Virus record (IMG/VR): IMGVR_UViG_3300007513_002396
Span: 1 to 64,000 of that record
Length of the DNA stretch: 64,000 nucleotides
Source of the DNA: an uncultured virus (IMG/VR IMGVR_UViG_3300007513_002396)
Taxonomy: Duplodnaviria; Heunggongvirae; Uroviricota; Caudoviricetes
Reading direction: 5' to 3' (one strand)
This document shows positions 37,289-46,752 of the stretch, in pieces. Numbering within the stretch: position 1 is the first letter of the stretch; each line of letters starts with the position of its first letter. Position numbers and translations under genes: made by a program. Below the pieces are notes generated by a model that made no database searches, had not been told where the DNA came from, and saw only the letters and a list, made by a program, of their open reading frames with translations.

Positions 37289-37945
37289 ATGCGCACAAAG
37301 AGAGTACTTATAACAGGATCTTCACGAGGTCTTGGAAAGCATTTAGCGACCCAATTTGAGATGGCTGGATGTGGCGTTTTTAGACACGCAAGGATGGATG
37401 ATTCAGGATACGATATTACTGGAGACATCACAAGTGACAATTTTTATGATTTGTTAGAAAGTTTTATCAGAGATAATCACATTAGTATCTTTGTAAATAA
37501 TGCAGCGATCCATGAGCCGAAAGCATTTTTAGAGTATAGCGAAAATGATATTCGTATTGTGTTGGTAACAAATCTAGTTTCTCAAATTCTTATGATACAA
37601 CGAGTGTATAAAGTCTTTAAAGAACGAGGTTCCGGAATAGTCGTTAACATTAATTCTTTGGCAGGCCGGAATCCATCATCAAATGAAACAATTTATTGTG
37701 CAAGCAAATACGGTCTTCGTGGATTTTCCGAATCACTCCAGATTGAATCTATTGGTAAGAACATAAAGATTTTAGATTTTTATCCTGGCGCAATGAAAAC
37801 AGACATGTGCAAAAATAGAGAAAATTATGATAGCTTAATGGATCCCCATGAGGTGGCTGAAATAATATGCGACACCGTTTTACGTAATGATACCACTATT
37901 TTACCCACTGAGACAATTATAAGAAAATTTTTATCAAAGGACTAA
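37289..37945 (+). CDS. Short-chain dehydrogenase/reductase
   Basis: ITGSSRGLG, NNAA, YCASK, PGAMKT. Confidence 0.9.
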   Translation: MRTKRVLITGSSRGLGKHLATQFEMAGCGVFRHARMDDSGYDITGDITSDNFYDLLESFIRDNHISIFVNNAAIHEPKAFLEYSENDIRIVLVTNLVSQILMIQRVYKVFKERGSGIVVNINSLAGRNPSSNETIYCASKYGLRGFSESLQIESIGKNIKILDFYPGAMKTDMCKNRENYDSLMDPHEVAEIICDTVLRNDTTILPTETIIRKFLSKD

Positions 37946-37954
37946 AGCAAGATT

Positions 37955-38965
37955 ATGAAAGCAGCAATTTTAGAAGAAATTAATGGACCACTAGCCATTA
38001 AAGAAGTCGAGCTAACCTCGTTAAAGCCGGGGCAGGTTTTGGTAAAGATCTTAGTTAGTGGGTTATGTGGCGCTCAATTACATGAAATCCGTGGTCATAA
38101 AGGTAATGCAAAGTTTCTTCCCCACTTAATGGGTCATGAGGGCTGTGGAATCGTACAAGAAGTGGGCACCGGAGTCATGACTGTTGCACCTGGGGATAAG
38201 GTTGTAATGCATTGGAGACCTGGTACAGGAATGGAGGCGCCATTTCCAGAATATATTTTGAATGGTAAAAAGATAAGCAGCGGAAAAGTGACAACACTTA
38301 GCGAATATTCTATAGTCTCAGAAAACAGGGTGACGACAGTTCCGGCAGATACTCCAAATAATCTTTGCGCGCTTCTGGGTTGCGGATTGACAACAGCATT
38401 AGGAATTATCGATAATGAAATAGATCTTAAAATGGGCGAAAGCGTGATGGTTATTGGCTGTGGTGGTGTAGGGCTGAACTTAATACAAGGCGCAAAAATG
38501 AAGAGCGCATTTCCAATCGTAGCAATTGATCAATCCGAGTATAAAAGACAAAAAGCTTTAGAGGCAGGAGCTAGCCTCTTTATTAATACTGCAACCGAGG
38601 AGTCCCAACCTAACGAGATTGATGTGATAATCGACACCACGGGAAATGTCAACGTAATCGCAGATGCGATAGGGCGCCTGTCTAAGAATGGCAGAATGAT
38701 TTTAGTAGGTCAACCTTCTCCTAACGAAGAATTGACGATCCCTAATGGTATCACATTATTCGGTGGTTCTGGAAAGTCTATAAAAGCGAGTCAGGGTGGA
38801 AGGACCGAGCCAGCTATGGACATCCCGCGATATATCAAGATGTATCGAGCTGGAATTTTAGACATTGATAAAATTGTAACCCATACGTTTTCACTTGAAG
38901 ACGTGAATGAAGCGTTTGACTTGTTAAAGACAGGCACCGCTGGTAGAATAATGGTAAAGATGTGA
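37955..38965 (+). CDS. Zn-dependent (MDR) alcohol/sugar dehydrogenase
   Basis: SGLCG, MGHEGCG, LLGCG, IGCGGVG. Confidence 0.9.
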   Translation: MKAAILEEINGPLAIKEVELTSLKPGQVLVKILVSGLCGAQLHEIRGHKGNAKFLPHLMGHEGCGIVQEVGTGVMTVAPGDKVVMHWRPGTGMEAPFPEYILNGKKISSGKVTTLSEYSIVSENRVTTVPADTPNNLCALLGCGLTTALGIIDNEIDLKMGESVMVIGCGGVGLNLIQGAKMKSAFPIVAIDQSEYKRQKALEAGASLFINTATEESQPNEIDVIIDTTGNVNVIADAIGRLSKNGRMILVGQPSPNEELTIPNGITLFGGSGKSIKASQGGRTEPAMDIPRYIKMYRAGILDIDKIVTHTFSLEDVNEAFDLLKTGTAGRIMVKM

Positions 38966-39798
38966 AGAAGACTATCTATCAATTCTTAAAAGAAATTCAA
39001 GTCTATGATTGCGAATTCCAGAAGGTCAGAATAGGTAATGAGTCAGATGGAGGCTATGTTGCGCTACATGAAGTGTGTGATAAAACCCGAACGCTTTATT
39101 CTTTTGGTGTCGAAGATAACATCACTTTTGAACAAGACTTCGTCCGGCGATATCCCCAGGCGCTCGTAAAACTATTTGATCATACAGTGGATGGATTGCC
39201 GTCTAATCATCCCAATTTTGCTTTTGTAAAGAAAGGTATCGCCGCCACCCCCTCCAAAAACTTCGTTGCACTTTCTAGCATATTAGACGAAGAATGTACA
39301 GGTATAACTTTAAAGATGGATATTGAGTGGGATGAATGGAGTGTTTTGGGTTCGTTAAGTTCTGATCAGCTAAAAAAAATAGACCAAATGCTGGTCGAAT
39401 TTCACTTAGTCACTGTAGATGTTGATAACAAATTTATAGCAAATACAGACCCTGAATATAGGCTAACGCCTTATTTCGATTCATTTTATAGAGCGACTTA
39501 TGACAAAGTTAATGATGCTCTTTTTATGACATACCTTAATACAATGAAGAAAATTAATGAATGGTTTTACGCTTTTCATATTCATCCCAATAATTCGCTA
39601 AAGAAGGTTAAGACCGGTGGATATAGTTTTCCACCACTTTTAGAAATAAGCTTTGTAAGAAAAGACTTGGTAAAAAATATTAGGGCTACTACGTGTAATT
39701 TTCCTATTTCTGGTTTAGATTTTCCAAATAAGCCCTACAAGAAGGAAATTAAGAATTATTATCCACTAGCTCAAGAGGAAAAAGGAGAAAAATGCTGA
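38962..39798 (+). CDS. FkbM/Methyltransf_22-like methyltransferase
   Basis: RIGNESDGGYV, YSFGV, LKMDIE, QMLVEFH, HIHPNN. Confidence 0.8.
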   Translation: MKKTIYQFLKEIQVYDCEFQKVRIGNESDGGYVALHEVCDKTRTLYSFGVEDNITFEQDFVRRYPQALVKLFDHTVDGLPSNHPNFAFVKKGIAATPSKNFVALSSILDEECTGITLKMDIEWDEWSVLGSLSSDQLKKIDQMLVEFHLVTVDVDNKFIANTDPEYRLTPYFDSFYRATYDKVNDALFMTYLNTMKKINEWFYAFHIHPNNSLKKVKTGGYSFPPLLEISFVRKDLVKNIRATTCNFPISGLDFPNKPYKKEIKNYYPLAQEEKGEKC

Positions 39799-40529
39799 AT
39801 AACAGGTCAAAACAAATCAGGAGGGACACCATTACTTTATCAAAGGCCAATGGTGGTTATCATTATGGGGGTTGCTTTTCAGCAGTAGAGTTACTCGTTT
39901 CCTTGTACGATCATATCTTAACCGATGATGATAGATTTATATTAAGTAAGGGTCATGGCTGCTGGCCATATTACGTTTTGCTTAGGGAGCGTGGGTATGA
40001 CCCTAGACCTACCGGCCATCCAGAACGTGATGTGCATAATGGAATTCACTGGACAACAGGTAGCGAAGGACACGGATTTCCAGCTGCCATTGGAATGGCA
40101 ATAGCAAAGAAAATGTTAAAAAAGTCTGGAAAGATTTACGTTATTATTGGTGATGGAGAATGCCAGGAGGGCACAACTTGGGAATCTCTTTTACTGGCTG
40201 CACATCACAAGCTTGATAATCTAGTTATTATCGCTGACTGGAATGGTATTCAGGGCTCAGGGTATACAAAAGATATTTTACCCATCCCAAACTTCGACCA
40301 GATTGCTGAGGCAATCGGGTGGTCAACGTCAGTCATCGATGGGCATTCATATGAAGAAATTTTAGGTGCCCTGGCTATCTATAAAAAAGAAACGCCACGT
40401 CTTATTATTGCAAATACGATAAAGGGTAAGGGGGTGAGCTATATGGAAAATCAGCCTTGCTGGCATGCTCAATGGCCGCCACCAGACAAAGAAGAACAAG
40501 CGCTTAAAGAGCTGGAGGATTCAGAGTAA
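39792..40529 (+). CDS. Transketolase-like ThDP enzyme, N-terminal (PP-binding) subunit
   Basis: DRFILSKGH, TTGSEGHG, GDGECQEGTTWE...N, TIKGKG. Confidence 0.9.
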   Translation: MLNNRSKQIRRDTITLSKANGGYHYGGCFSAVELLVSLYDHILTDDDRFILSKGHGCWPYYVLLRERGYDPRPTGHPERDVHNGIHWTTGSEGHGFPAAIGMAIAKKMLKKSGKIYVIIGDGECQEGTTWESLLLAAHHKLDNLVIIADWNGIQGSGYTKDILPIPNFDQIAEAIGWSTSVIDGHSYEEILGALAIYKKETPRLIIANTIKGKGVSYMENQPCWHAQWPPPDKEEQALKELEDSE

Positions 40530-41011
40530 TGAGACGTGCATTTGGAAAGACGATTGTTAGGATCGCTGAAAAAGATGACAGAGTTATTTTAATATCTGGT
40601 GATGTTGAACAATGCATGGAGGAATTTCAAGAGCGCTGGCCTGAAAGGTATATTAATGCCGGGTTATGCGAGCAATCGATGATCAGTATGGCAGCGGGGA
40701 TGGCAGCAGAGGGATTGAGACCAATCGTTTATTCAATCACACCATTTTTGATTGAGCGCCCATTTGAGCAGATCAAAATTGATATCGATGAGCAGAAATT
40801 ACCTGTTATGCTTGTAGGACAAGCTGATTACCCCACCCATGGTCCAACACATCGTCCACTAAACGCTGAAGGTCTAATCGCCTTATTTAAGAATACGACT
40901 GGATACTTCCCCAAGTCTCAGCAAGAGACAGAAAAAGCAATGATTGATGCTTATTTGATGGGTGAACCAGCGATTATCTGTCTTAAGCGCGACGGTTTAC
41001 CGTTTTTCTAA
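40529..41011 (+). CDS. Transketolase-like pyrimidine-binding subunit (no C-terminal domain)
   Basis: RYINAGLCEQSM, GMAAEG, RPFEQI, HGPTH; only 160 aa. Confidence 0.85.
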   Translation: MRRAFGKTIVRIAEKDDRVILISGDVEQCMEEFQERWPERYINAGLCEQSMISMAAGMAAEGLRPIVYSITPFLIERPFEQIKIDIDEQKLPVMLVGQADYPTHGPTHRPLNAEGLIALFKNTTGYFPKSQQETEKAMIDAYLMGEPAIICLKRDGLPFF

Positions 41012-41012
41012 G

Positions 41013-41744
41013 ATGAAAGAGGTTTTAGTTATAGGTGATAGCTGCAAAGATGTATTTGTGTATTGCAGCGCAAATAGGCTGTGCCCTGATGTTCCTGTTC
41101 CTGTTTTAAATGAGAAATATCGTACATCGAATCCTGGGATGGCTGCGAATGTGCATAGAAACATTCTGGCTTTAGGTGTTGAGTGCGATTTGCTCACCAA
41201 TCAGAATTGGGAAGATTTTTCTAAAATCAGGTATGTTCATGATGAAAGTAATCATATGTTTTTTCGAGCCGACTCTTTACCCCGCATAAAACCATTCGAT
41301 ACAAGTAAGATTTGCTATGATTACCATTTGATAATTGTATCAGATTATGATAAGGGATTTTTATCTAAATCTGATATAAGGACAATTTGTTCCCATCACG
41401 ATAACGTATTTATTGATTCAAAAAAAATTCTGGGGTCTTGGGCGCATGATGCAAGATACATCAAGATTAATCACACTGAGTATCACCGCTCAAAGGACCA
41501 TATTGATAAATTTTTAGTTGATAAGATTATTCGAACAGAGGGTCCGCGGGGATGTGTGTACCAAGATGAAATATACCCTGTTAAAAAAGCTGAAATTAAA
41601 GACGTTTCTGGCGCTGGAGACAGTTTTCTAGCGTCGTTGGTTGTGAAGTATTTAGAGAATAGTGACATAATAGAAAGCATTAAATTTGCAAACAAGTGTG
41701 CTTCTGAGGTTGTTACAAGAAGAGGAATTTCAATAATCCAGTGA
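41013..41744 (+). CDS. HldE/RfaE domain I-like heptose kinase (PfkB family)
   Basis: LVIGDSCKD, RLCPDVPVPV, GMAANV, SDYDKG, DVSGAGD. Confidence 0.88.
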   Translation: MKEVLVIGDSCKDVFVYCSANRLCPDVPVPVLNEKYRTSNPGMAANVHRNILALGVECDLLTNQNWEDFSKIRYVHDESNHMFFRADSLPRIKPFDTSKICYDYHLIIVSDYDKGFLSKSDIRTICSHHDNVFIDSKKILGSWAHDARYIKINHTEYHRSKDHIDKFLVDKIIRTEGPRGCVYQDEIYPVKKAEIKDVSGAGDSFLASLVVKYLENSDIIESIKFANKCASEVVTRRGISIIQ

Positions 41745-42550
41745 AAATATTAGTAACAGGTGCAAATGGATTTATAGGCAAAAACATGGTAGCTGCTTTG
41801 TGTCAGCATGAAGTAGTATGTCTGGATGATGATCATTTGGATAATACCCAATGGAAGAATCTCTGGTCAACACTTTTAAAAGATAACACTTTAGACGCAG
41901 TCTTTCATATCGGCGCATGCTCAGACACATTAGAGCAGAATGTCAATTTTATGATGCAACGTAATTATGAGACGACAAAGTTTCTTGTTGATTGGTGTGT
42001 TGAAAACAATATACCCATGATTTATTCTTCTTCTGCTGCAAACTACGGCGCAAATAATGATCATCCATCCAATTTGTACGGATGGAGTAAGTACGTAGCA
42101 GAAGACTATGTTGTGAGTAATTCAGGTATAGCATTACGATATTTCAACGTGTATGGCCCCGGCGAAGAGCGTAAGGGTAGGATGGCGTCTGTAGCTTATC
42201 AAATGTGTACAAGAGATCAAAGCAATCTTGAGTGTAAGTTATTTCCAGACTCTCCGCGGAGAGACTTTGTATACGTAAAAGATGTCGTCTCTGCGAATAT
42301 TCATGCTTATGAAAATTATGAAGCGCTTCAAGGTAAATATTATGATGTAGGAAGTGGCCAAGCAAGGGCCTTTGAAGAAGTTCTTGACTTGCTGGAGATC
42401 AAGTATTCTTATCATTCTTCTGATGCGATCCCAGAAGGTTATCAGTTTTTTACTCGTAGCAATAAAGAGAGGTGGTTACCGGGGTGGGAGCCAAGATATC
42501 AGCTTGAGGAAGGGATATCAGATTATCGAAAAGTTTTGGAGACTAGATGA
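41741..42550 (+). CDS. hldD: ADP-L-glycero-D-manno-heptose 6-epimerase-like
   Basis: GANGFIG, VFHIGACSDT, YSSSAANYG, YGWSK, RYFNVYGPGEERKGRMASV, RDFVYVKDV. Confidence 0.85.
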   Translation: MKILVTGANGFIGKNMVAALCQHEVVCLDDDHLDNTQWKNLWSTLLKDNTLDAVFHIGACSDTLEQNVNFMMQRNYETTKFLVDWCVENNIPMIYSSSAANYGANNDHPSNLYGWSKYVAEDYVVSNSGIALRYFNVYGPGEERKGRMASVAYQMCTRDQSNLECKLFPDSPRRDFVYVKDVVSANIHAYENYEALQGKYYDVGSGQARAFEEVLDLLEIKYSYHSSDAIPEGYQFFTRSNKERWLPGWEPRYQLEEGISDYRKVLETR

Positions 42551-43479
42551 AAATCCTCGTCACAGGCGGAACCGGAATGGTTGGGTCTGCTTTTAGAAAT
42601 CTAAAAACCGACCATGAATTGGTTCTATATGGGTCAGAACAATACGACTTGAGAGACGATCAGCAGGTTGATGATATGTTTTATCGCAATCAAGTTGATG
42701 CAGTTATTCATTTGGCTGCAAAAGTAGGTGGTGTGAAGGGGAATATGGATTTCATGGCAGACTTCTATTCTGATAACATTAAGATAAACACCAATGTTCT
42801 AGATTCAGCACACAGTCATGGGGTCAAAAAAGTTGTTTCATTGTTATCAACATGCGTTTATCCAGACGCCGTTTCATACCCCTTGACAGAAGAACAAGTG
42901 CACCAGGGCGAACCGCATTACAGTAATTTCGGCTATGCGTACGCAAAAAGGATGCTAGACGTACACTCCAGGGCTCTTCGTAAACAATATGGGTGTAACT
43001 TCATCTGTGCTATACCAAATAATCTATATGGCCCTCATGATAATTTTGATTTAGAGAACGGTCATGTAATTCCCGCAATAATCAGGAAAGTGTGGGAAGC
43101 AAAGCTTACTAAGACAGCCCCAGTGTTTTGGGGAGACGGATCCCCGCTACGTGAATTTACGTACGCACCCGATGTTGCCAGGATCTTACTTTACCTTTTA
43201 GAAAAGTATGATAGCTCGGTGCCCATTAATATTGGGATGACGAATGAGCAGAGTATAAGCAGTATAGTAGATCTAGTGTGTAAAGAGCTAGATGTTAGCA
43301 CCTCCATTATTTGGGATCGATCAAAGCCCGCTGGACAATTTAGGAAACCAAGCTCAAACAAGAACCTATTGAAGCTTGGATGGGAAGAAAGCGAGTATAC
43401 TTCGTTGGAGTCTGGAATAAAGCAAATGTGTGAATGGTTCTCTACAAATTATCCCAATATAAGAGGTATGAATAAATGA
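42547..43479 (+). CDS. fcl: GDP-L-fucose synthase
   Basis: [49 protein letters not shown]. Confidence 0.93.
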   Translation: MKILVTGGTGMVGSAFRNLKTDHELVLYGSEQYDLRDDQQVDDMFYRNQVDAVIHLAAKVGGVKGNMDFMADFYSDNIKINTNVLDSAHSHGVKKVVSLLSTCVYPDAVSYPLTEEQVHQGEPHYSNFGYAYAKRMLDVHSRALRKQYGCNFICAIPNNLYGPHDNFDLENGHVIPAIIRKVWEAKLTKTAPVFWGDGSPLREFTYAPDVARILLYLLEKYDSSVPINIGMTNEQSISSIVDLVCKELDVSTSIIWDRSKPAGQFRKPSSNKNLLKLGWEESEYTSLESGIKQMCEWFSTNYPNIRGMNK

Positions 43480-44522
43480 AAACAGCAATGATAACAGGCG
43501 TAACTGGCCAAGATGGGTCGTATCTCGCAGAGCTTTTGTTAAGCAAAGGATATAGGGTCATTGGTCTAAAAAGACGGACAAGCTTAATAACAACCGACCG
43601 TGTAAATGCGATTTATAATAATCCCAATTTTGAACTACGCTATTATTCTCTTCACGATCCTTCAACCCTATATCGCCTATTAGAAGAATATGAGCCAACT
43701 GAATTTTATAATCTTGCTGCTCAATCTCATGTGCGGGTTTCTTTCGACGTACCAATCGAGACCGTGGATACAATCGCAATGGGTACCCTTCGTGTTCTAG
43801 AAGCTATTAGACATGTCAATAAAGACATAAGAATATACCAGGCTTCCTCTTCAGAGATGTTCGGTGATAACCCTCAAGCTCCACAGGATGAGAAAACTAT
43901 TTTAATGCCGGCGTCCCCATACGCTTGTGCTAAAGTTTTTGCGCATAATCTGTGCAGAAACTATCGTGAATCCTATGATATGCATATTTCATGTGGAATA
44001 TTGTTTAATCATGAATCCCCAAGAAGAGGTGAGACGTTCGTAACACGTAAAATTACTAGGGCCGCTGCGCGTATAAAAATGGGGCTTCAAGAAAAGCTAT
44101 ATCTTGGTAACCTTGAAGCAAAGAGAGACTGGGGTTTCGCTGGAGACTTCGTAGAAGCTATGTGGCTCATGATGCAACAAGACCAACCAGACGATTATGT
44201 TATAGCTACTGGAGAAACACACTCAGTACAAGAATGGCTAGACTGTGTTTTCTGTGTAGCGTCTCTACCACAAGCCGGGAACGTTGAAATCGATCAAAGG
44301 CTTTTTCGACCTCATGAGGTACCATTGCTGTTGGGTGACCCATCAAAGGCGTTGAAGGAACTTGGGTGGAAACCAACAATAAGATTCAATGAATTAGCTA
44401 AAATGATGTATAATGCAGATAAGATTTTCGCAGAGGGTGAGCTTCGATTGCTCGGCCGAGATTTAAAGATTGAAGCGCTTATTGATGGTCGAAAAATGCC
44501 CTATCAATCTTCAAAGAAATAG
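43476..44522 (+). CDS. gmd: GDP-mannose 4,6-dehydratase
   Basis: [58 protein letters not shown]. Confidence 0.96.
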   Translation: MKTAMITGVTGQDGSYLAELLLSKGYRVIGLKRRTSLITTDRVNAIYNNPNFELRYYSLHDPSTLYRLLEEYEPTEFYNLAAQSHVRVSFDVPIETVDTIAMGTLRVLEAIRHVNKDIRIYQASSSEMFGDNPQAPQDEKTILMPASPYACAKVFAHNLCRNYRESYDMHISCGILFNHESPRRGETFVTRKITRAAARIKMGLQEKLYLGNLEAKRDWGFAGDFVEAMWLMMQQDQPDDYVIATGETHSVQEWLDCVFCVASLPQAGNVEIDQRLFRPHEVPLLLGDPSKALKELGWKPTIRFNELAKMMYNADKIFAEGELRLLGRDLKIEALIDGRKMPYQSSKK

Positions 44523-44550
44523 AGTAAATCTGCATAACTTCTTTTAAAAT
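44523..44550 (+). promoter_or_regulatory. Candidate promoter AGTAAA-N16-TAAAAT
   Basis: Recurring motif; GTAAATCTGCA identical to the copy at 6284. Confidence 0.5.
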
Positions 44551-44564
44551 ATAAAATAAGGAAG

Positions 44565-45443
44565 TTGTATATGCATATTAAAAACCCCGAAGAGATAGAT
44601 TTTCGTACTGGGAAGCCACACGTTTCATTTTCTGAAATACGCTGTTGGAAGGAGTGCGCTTATAGACATAAGCTTTTGTATATTGACAAGATTGGTGTCG
44701 ATGAGCCTTCTCCCTATTTATCTTATGGAACAGCTGTACATGAAGCAATTGAAGCATTCTTAAATACAGGAAACATGGACCCATCTATCGCAATTTCAAT
44801 GATAGAAAGTGAGTGGGAAAAACACGGTTTCGAATCAAAAGAATTCAACGATGCCCATGCAGCGTACAGAAAGTCTCAAGGGTGGAAGCCTAAGCCATAT
44901 CCTCCATTACATGAGTGGAAAGAATATGCCCTAACGGCGCTAACTGAACTACCACCATTTTTGAAAGAGACGTTTGGGGACTATGAGGTGGTGTCTGCCG
45001 AAGAGCAGCTATATGAATACTATCCTGAGTCGGATATCTTTTTCAAGGGCTTTATCGATGCTCTTATTAAGACTAAGCTCCGGGGAAAGGATGTCTATTA
45101 TGTTATTGACTGGAAAACCGCTGGTGATAAAGGGTGGTTTAGAAATAAAAAGCAAGATATTTTGACATGGGGCCAGATTGCTCTTTACAAGACTTTTTGG
45201 CGAAATAAGCTAGGTTTGGATACAAAACAGGTAAGATGTGGGTTTGTACTTTTAAAGCGCGGCGCTCCAGCAGAAAAAGTTTGCGAGCTTGTGAGCGTTT
45301 CAGTGGGCCCCAAGGCAGAAGAGAAATCGATGGCCATTCTACGAAGCATGATTAAAACTGTCCGCCGCGGTATTTTTCTTAAAAATCGAAATTCTTGTTT
45401 ATTTTGTGAGTTTAAAAAGACACCCAATTGTCCAGGAGGATGA
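44565..45443 (+). CDS. PD-(D/E)xK (RecB/Cas4-like) exonuclease
   Basis: SFSE..W..C, GTAVHE, KGFID, IDWKT, QIALY, C-terminal CLFCEF..C. Confidence 0.85.
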   Translation: MYMHIKNPEEIDFRTGKPHVSFSEIRCWKECAYRHKLLYIDKIGVDEPSPYLSYGTAVHEAIEAFLNTGNMDPSIAISMIESEWEKHGFESKEFNDAHAAYRKSQGWKPKPYPPLHEWKEYALTALTELPPFLKETFGDYEVVSAEEQLYEYYPESDIFFKGFIDALIKTKLRGKDVYYVIDWKTAGDKGWFRNKKQDILTWGQIALYKTFWRNKLGLDTKQVRCGFVLLKRGAPAEKVCELVSVSVGPKAEEKSMAILRSMIKTVRRGIFLKNRNSCLFCEFKKTPNCPGG

Positions 45444-45453
45444 TTCTTAGACA

Positions 45454-45481
45454 TATACGTTGAACTTTTATCGGTTATGAT
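45454..45481 (+). promoter_or_regulatory. Candidate promoter TATACG-N16-TATGAT
   Basis: Variant of the recurring motif before SD GAGG and ATG 45501. Confidence 0.45.
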
Positions 45482-45500
45482 TATCTGGTGAGGTACGTAT

Positions 45501-46748
45501 ATGGAAAAATATAAAATACTAATGCTCTCGGATCATGCCCTCTCAACATCGGGTGTGGGTTGTCAATCACGATTTTTGATAAATGGGTTGGTTGAAAAGG
45601 GGTGTTGGTCAGTAAGACAGTTCGGGGCAGCATTAAAACACAACGAATATGACGTTGTGAAAATATCTGATGACTTTATTATCAAGCCAATAGATGGCTT
45701 TGGTAATCCAGATATGCTAAGAATAACTCTGGCCACTGAAAAGCCTGATGTCATTCTGCTGTTTACCGACCCAAGGTTTTTTACGTGGTTGTGGGAAATC
45801 GAGGATGAGATTCATCAGATGTGCCCCATCGCCTATTGGCATGTTTGGGATAATGATCCTCGGCCATTATTTAACGACAGTTATTACCAGGCAACAGATT
45901 TAATAAACTGTCACTCTTACCCAACCTTTAAGCAGGTAAGCTCAAAGTTTCCAGAACGTACTAATTTTATACCTCACGCCCTCCCAACTGATGTTTTCTA
46001 TGAGTTTTCCGATTCAGATAAAAAACGGTACAAAGAGCAAGTTTTAGGATACCAGAAAAGAAACGACTTTGTGGCGCTATGGATTAACAGAAATGCAAAA
46101 AGAAAGAGGCCAGCCGATGTTCTCTGGGCCTGGAAAGAATTTCTAGACGAGTCTAAAGCTGAGCATGCTACATTGATAATGCATACCCAGCCGAATGACC
46201 AAGAGGGACCAAACCTAATAGCGGTCGCGGAAAGGTTAGGAATTCAGCATTCAGTACTTTTCTCTCCAGAAAGAGTTGATTTTGAGAAGATGAATGTGCT
46301 TCATAACATTTCTGATTGCTGCATAAACATCGCATACGCAGAAGGGTTTGGACTGCCAACTTTGGAAGCTATGCAAGTTGGTAATCCGATTATCGCTGCA
46401 AAAACAGGCGGTTTAACAAGACAAGTTGTTGACCACCGCGACGGTAGTCAAAACGGTGTCGCATTAGATATAAAGTTAAGAACGCTTGTAGGATCACAAG
46501 GTGTACCGTACATATACGAGGATTACGCTGACGTAAAAGACTTGGCAAACGCTATTATGCACTTATATTCCATGGAACCAGAAGACAGGAAAAAGCTTAG
46601 CAAGAAATGTTCAGACTATGTTAAGGAGGAATTTTCGCTTCAACGTACCATCGATGATTGGCACACAACCTTGTTAGACCTCGTGGAAAATTGGAAGCGA
46701 GGTACTCGTACAACACCACGTTTTGAAATGATAGAAATAGGAGCATAG
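45501..46748 (+). CDS. GT4 glycosyltransferase
   Basis: NRNAKRKR, AEGFGLPTLEAMQVG. Confidence 0.88.
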   Translation: MEKYKILMLSDHALSTSGVGCQSRFLINGLVEKGCWSVRQFGAALKHNEYDVVKISDDFIIKPIDGFGNPDMLRITLATEKPDVILLFTDPRFFTWLWEIEDEIHQMCPIAYWHVWDNDPRPLFNDSYYQATDLINCHSYPTFKQVSSKFPERTNFIPHALPTDVFYEFSDSDKKRYKEQVLGYQKRNDFVALWINRNAKRKRPADVLWAWKEFLDESKAEHATLIMHTQPNDQEGPNLIAVAERLGIQHSVLFSPERVDFEKMNVLHNISDCCINIAYAEGFGLPTLEAMQVGNPIIAAKTGGLTRQVVDHRDGSQNGVALDIKLRTLVGSQGVPYIYEDYADVKDLANAIMHLYSMEPEDRKKLSKKCSDYVKEEFSLQRTIDDWHTTLLDLVENWKRGTRTTPRFEMIEIGA

Positions 46749-46752
46749 TAAT

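Noticed and set aside
44565..45443. Cas4-like nuclease as a sign of a CRISPR-Cas system
   Set aside because: No repeat-spacer array or other cas genes seen; solo PD-(D/E)xK exonucleases are common in phages
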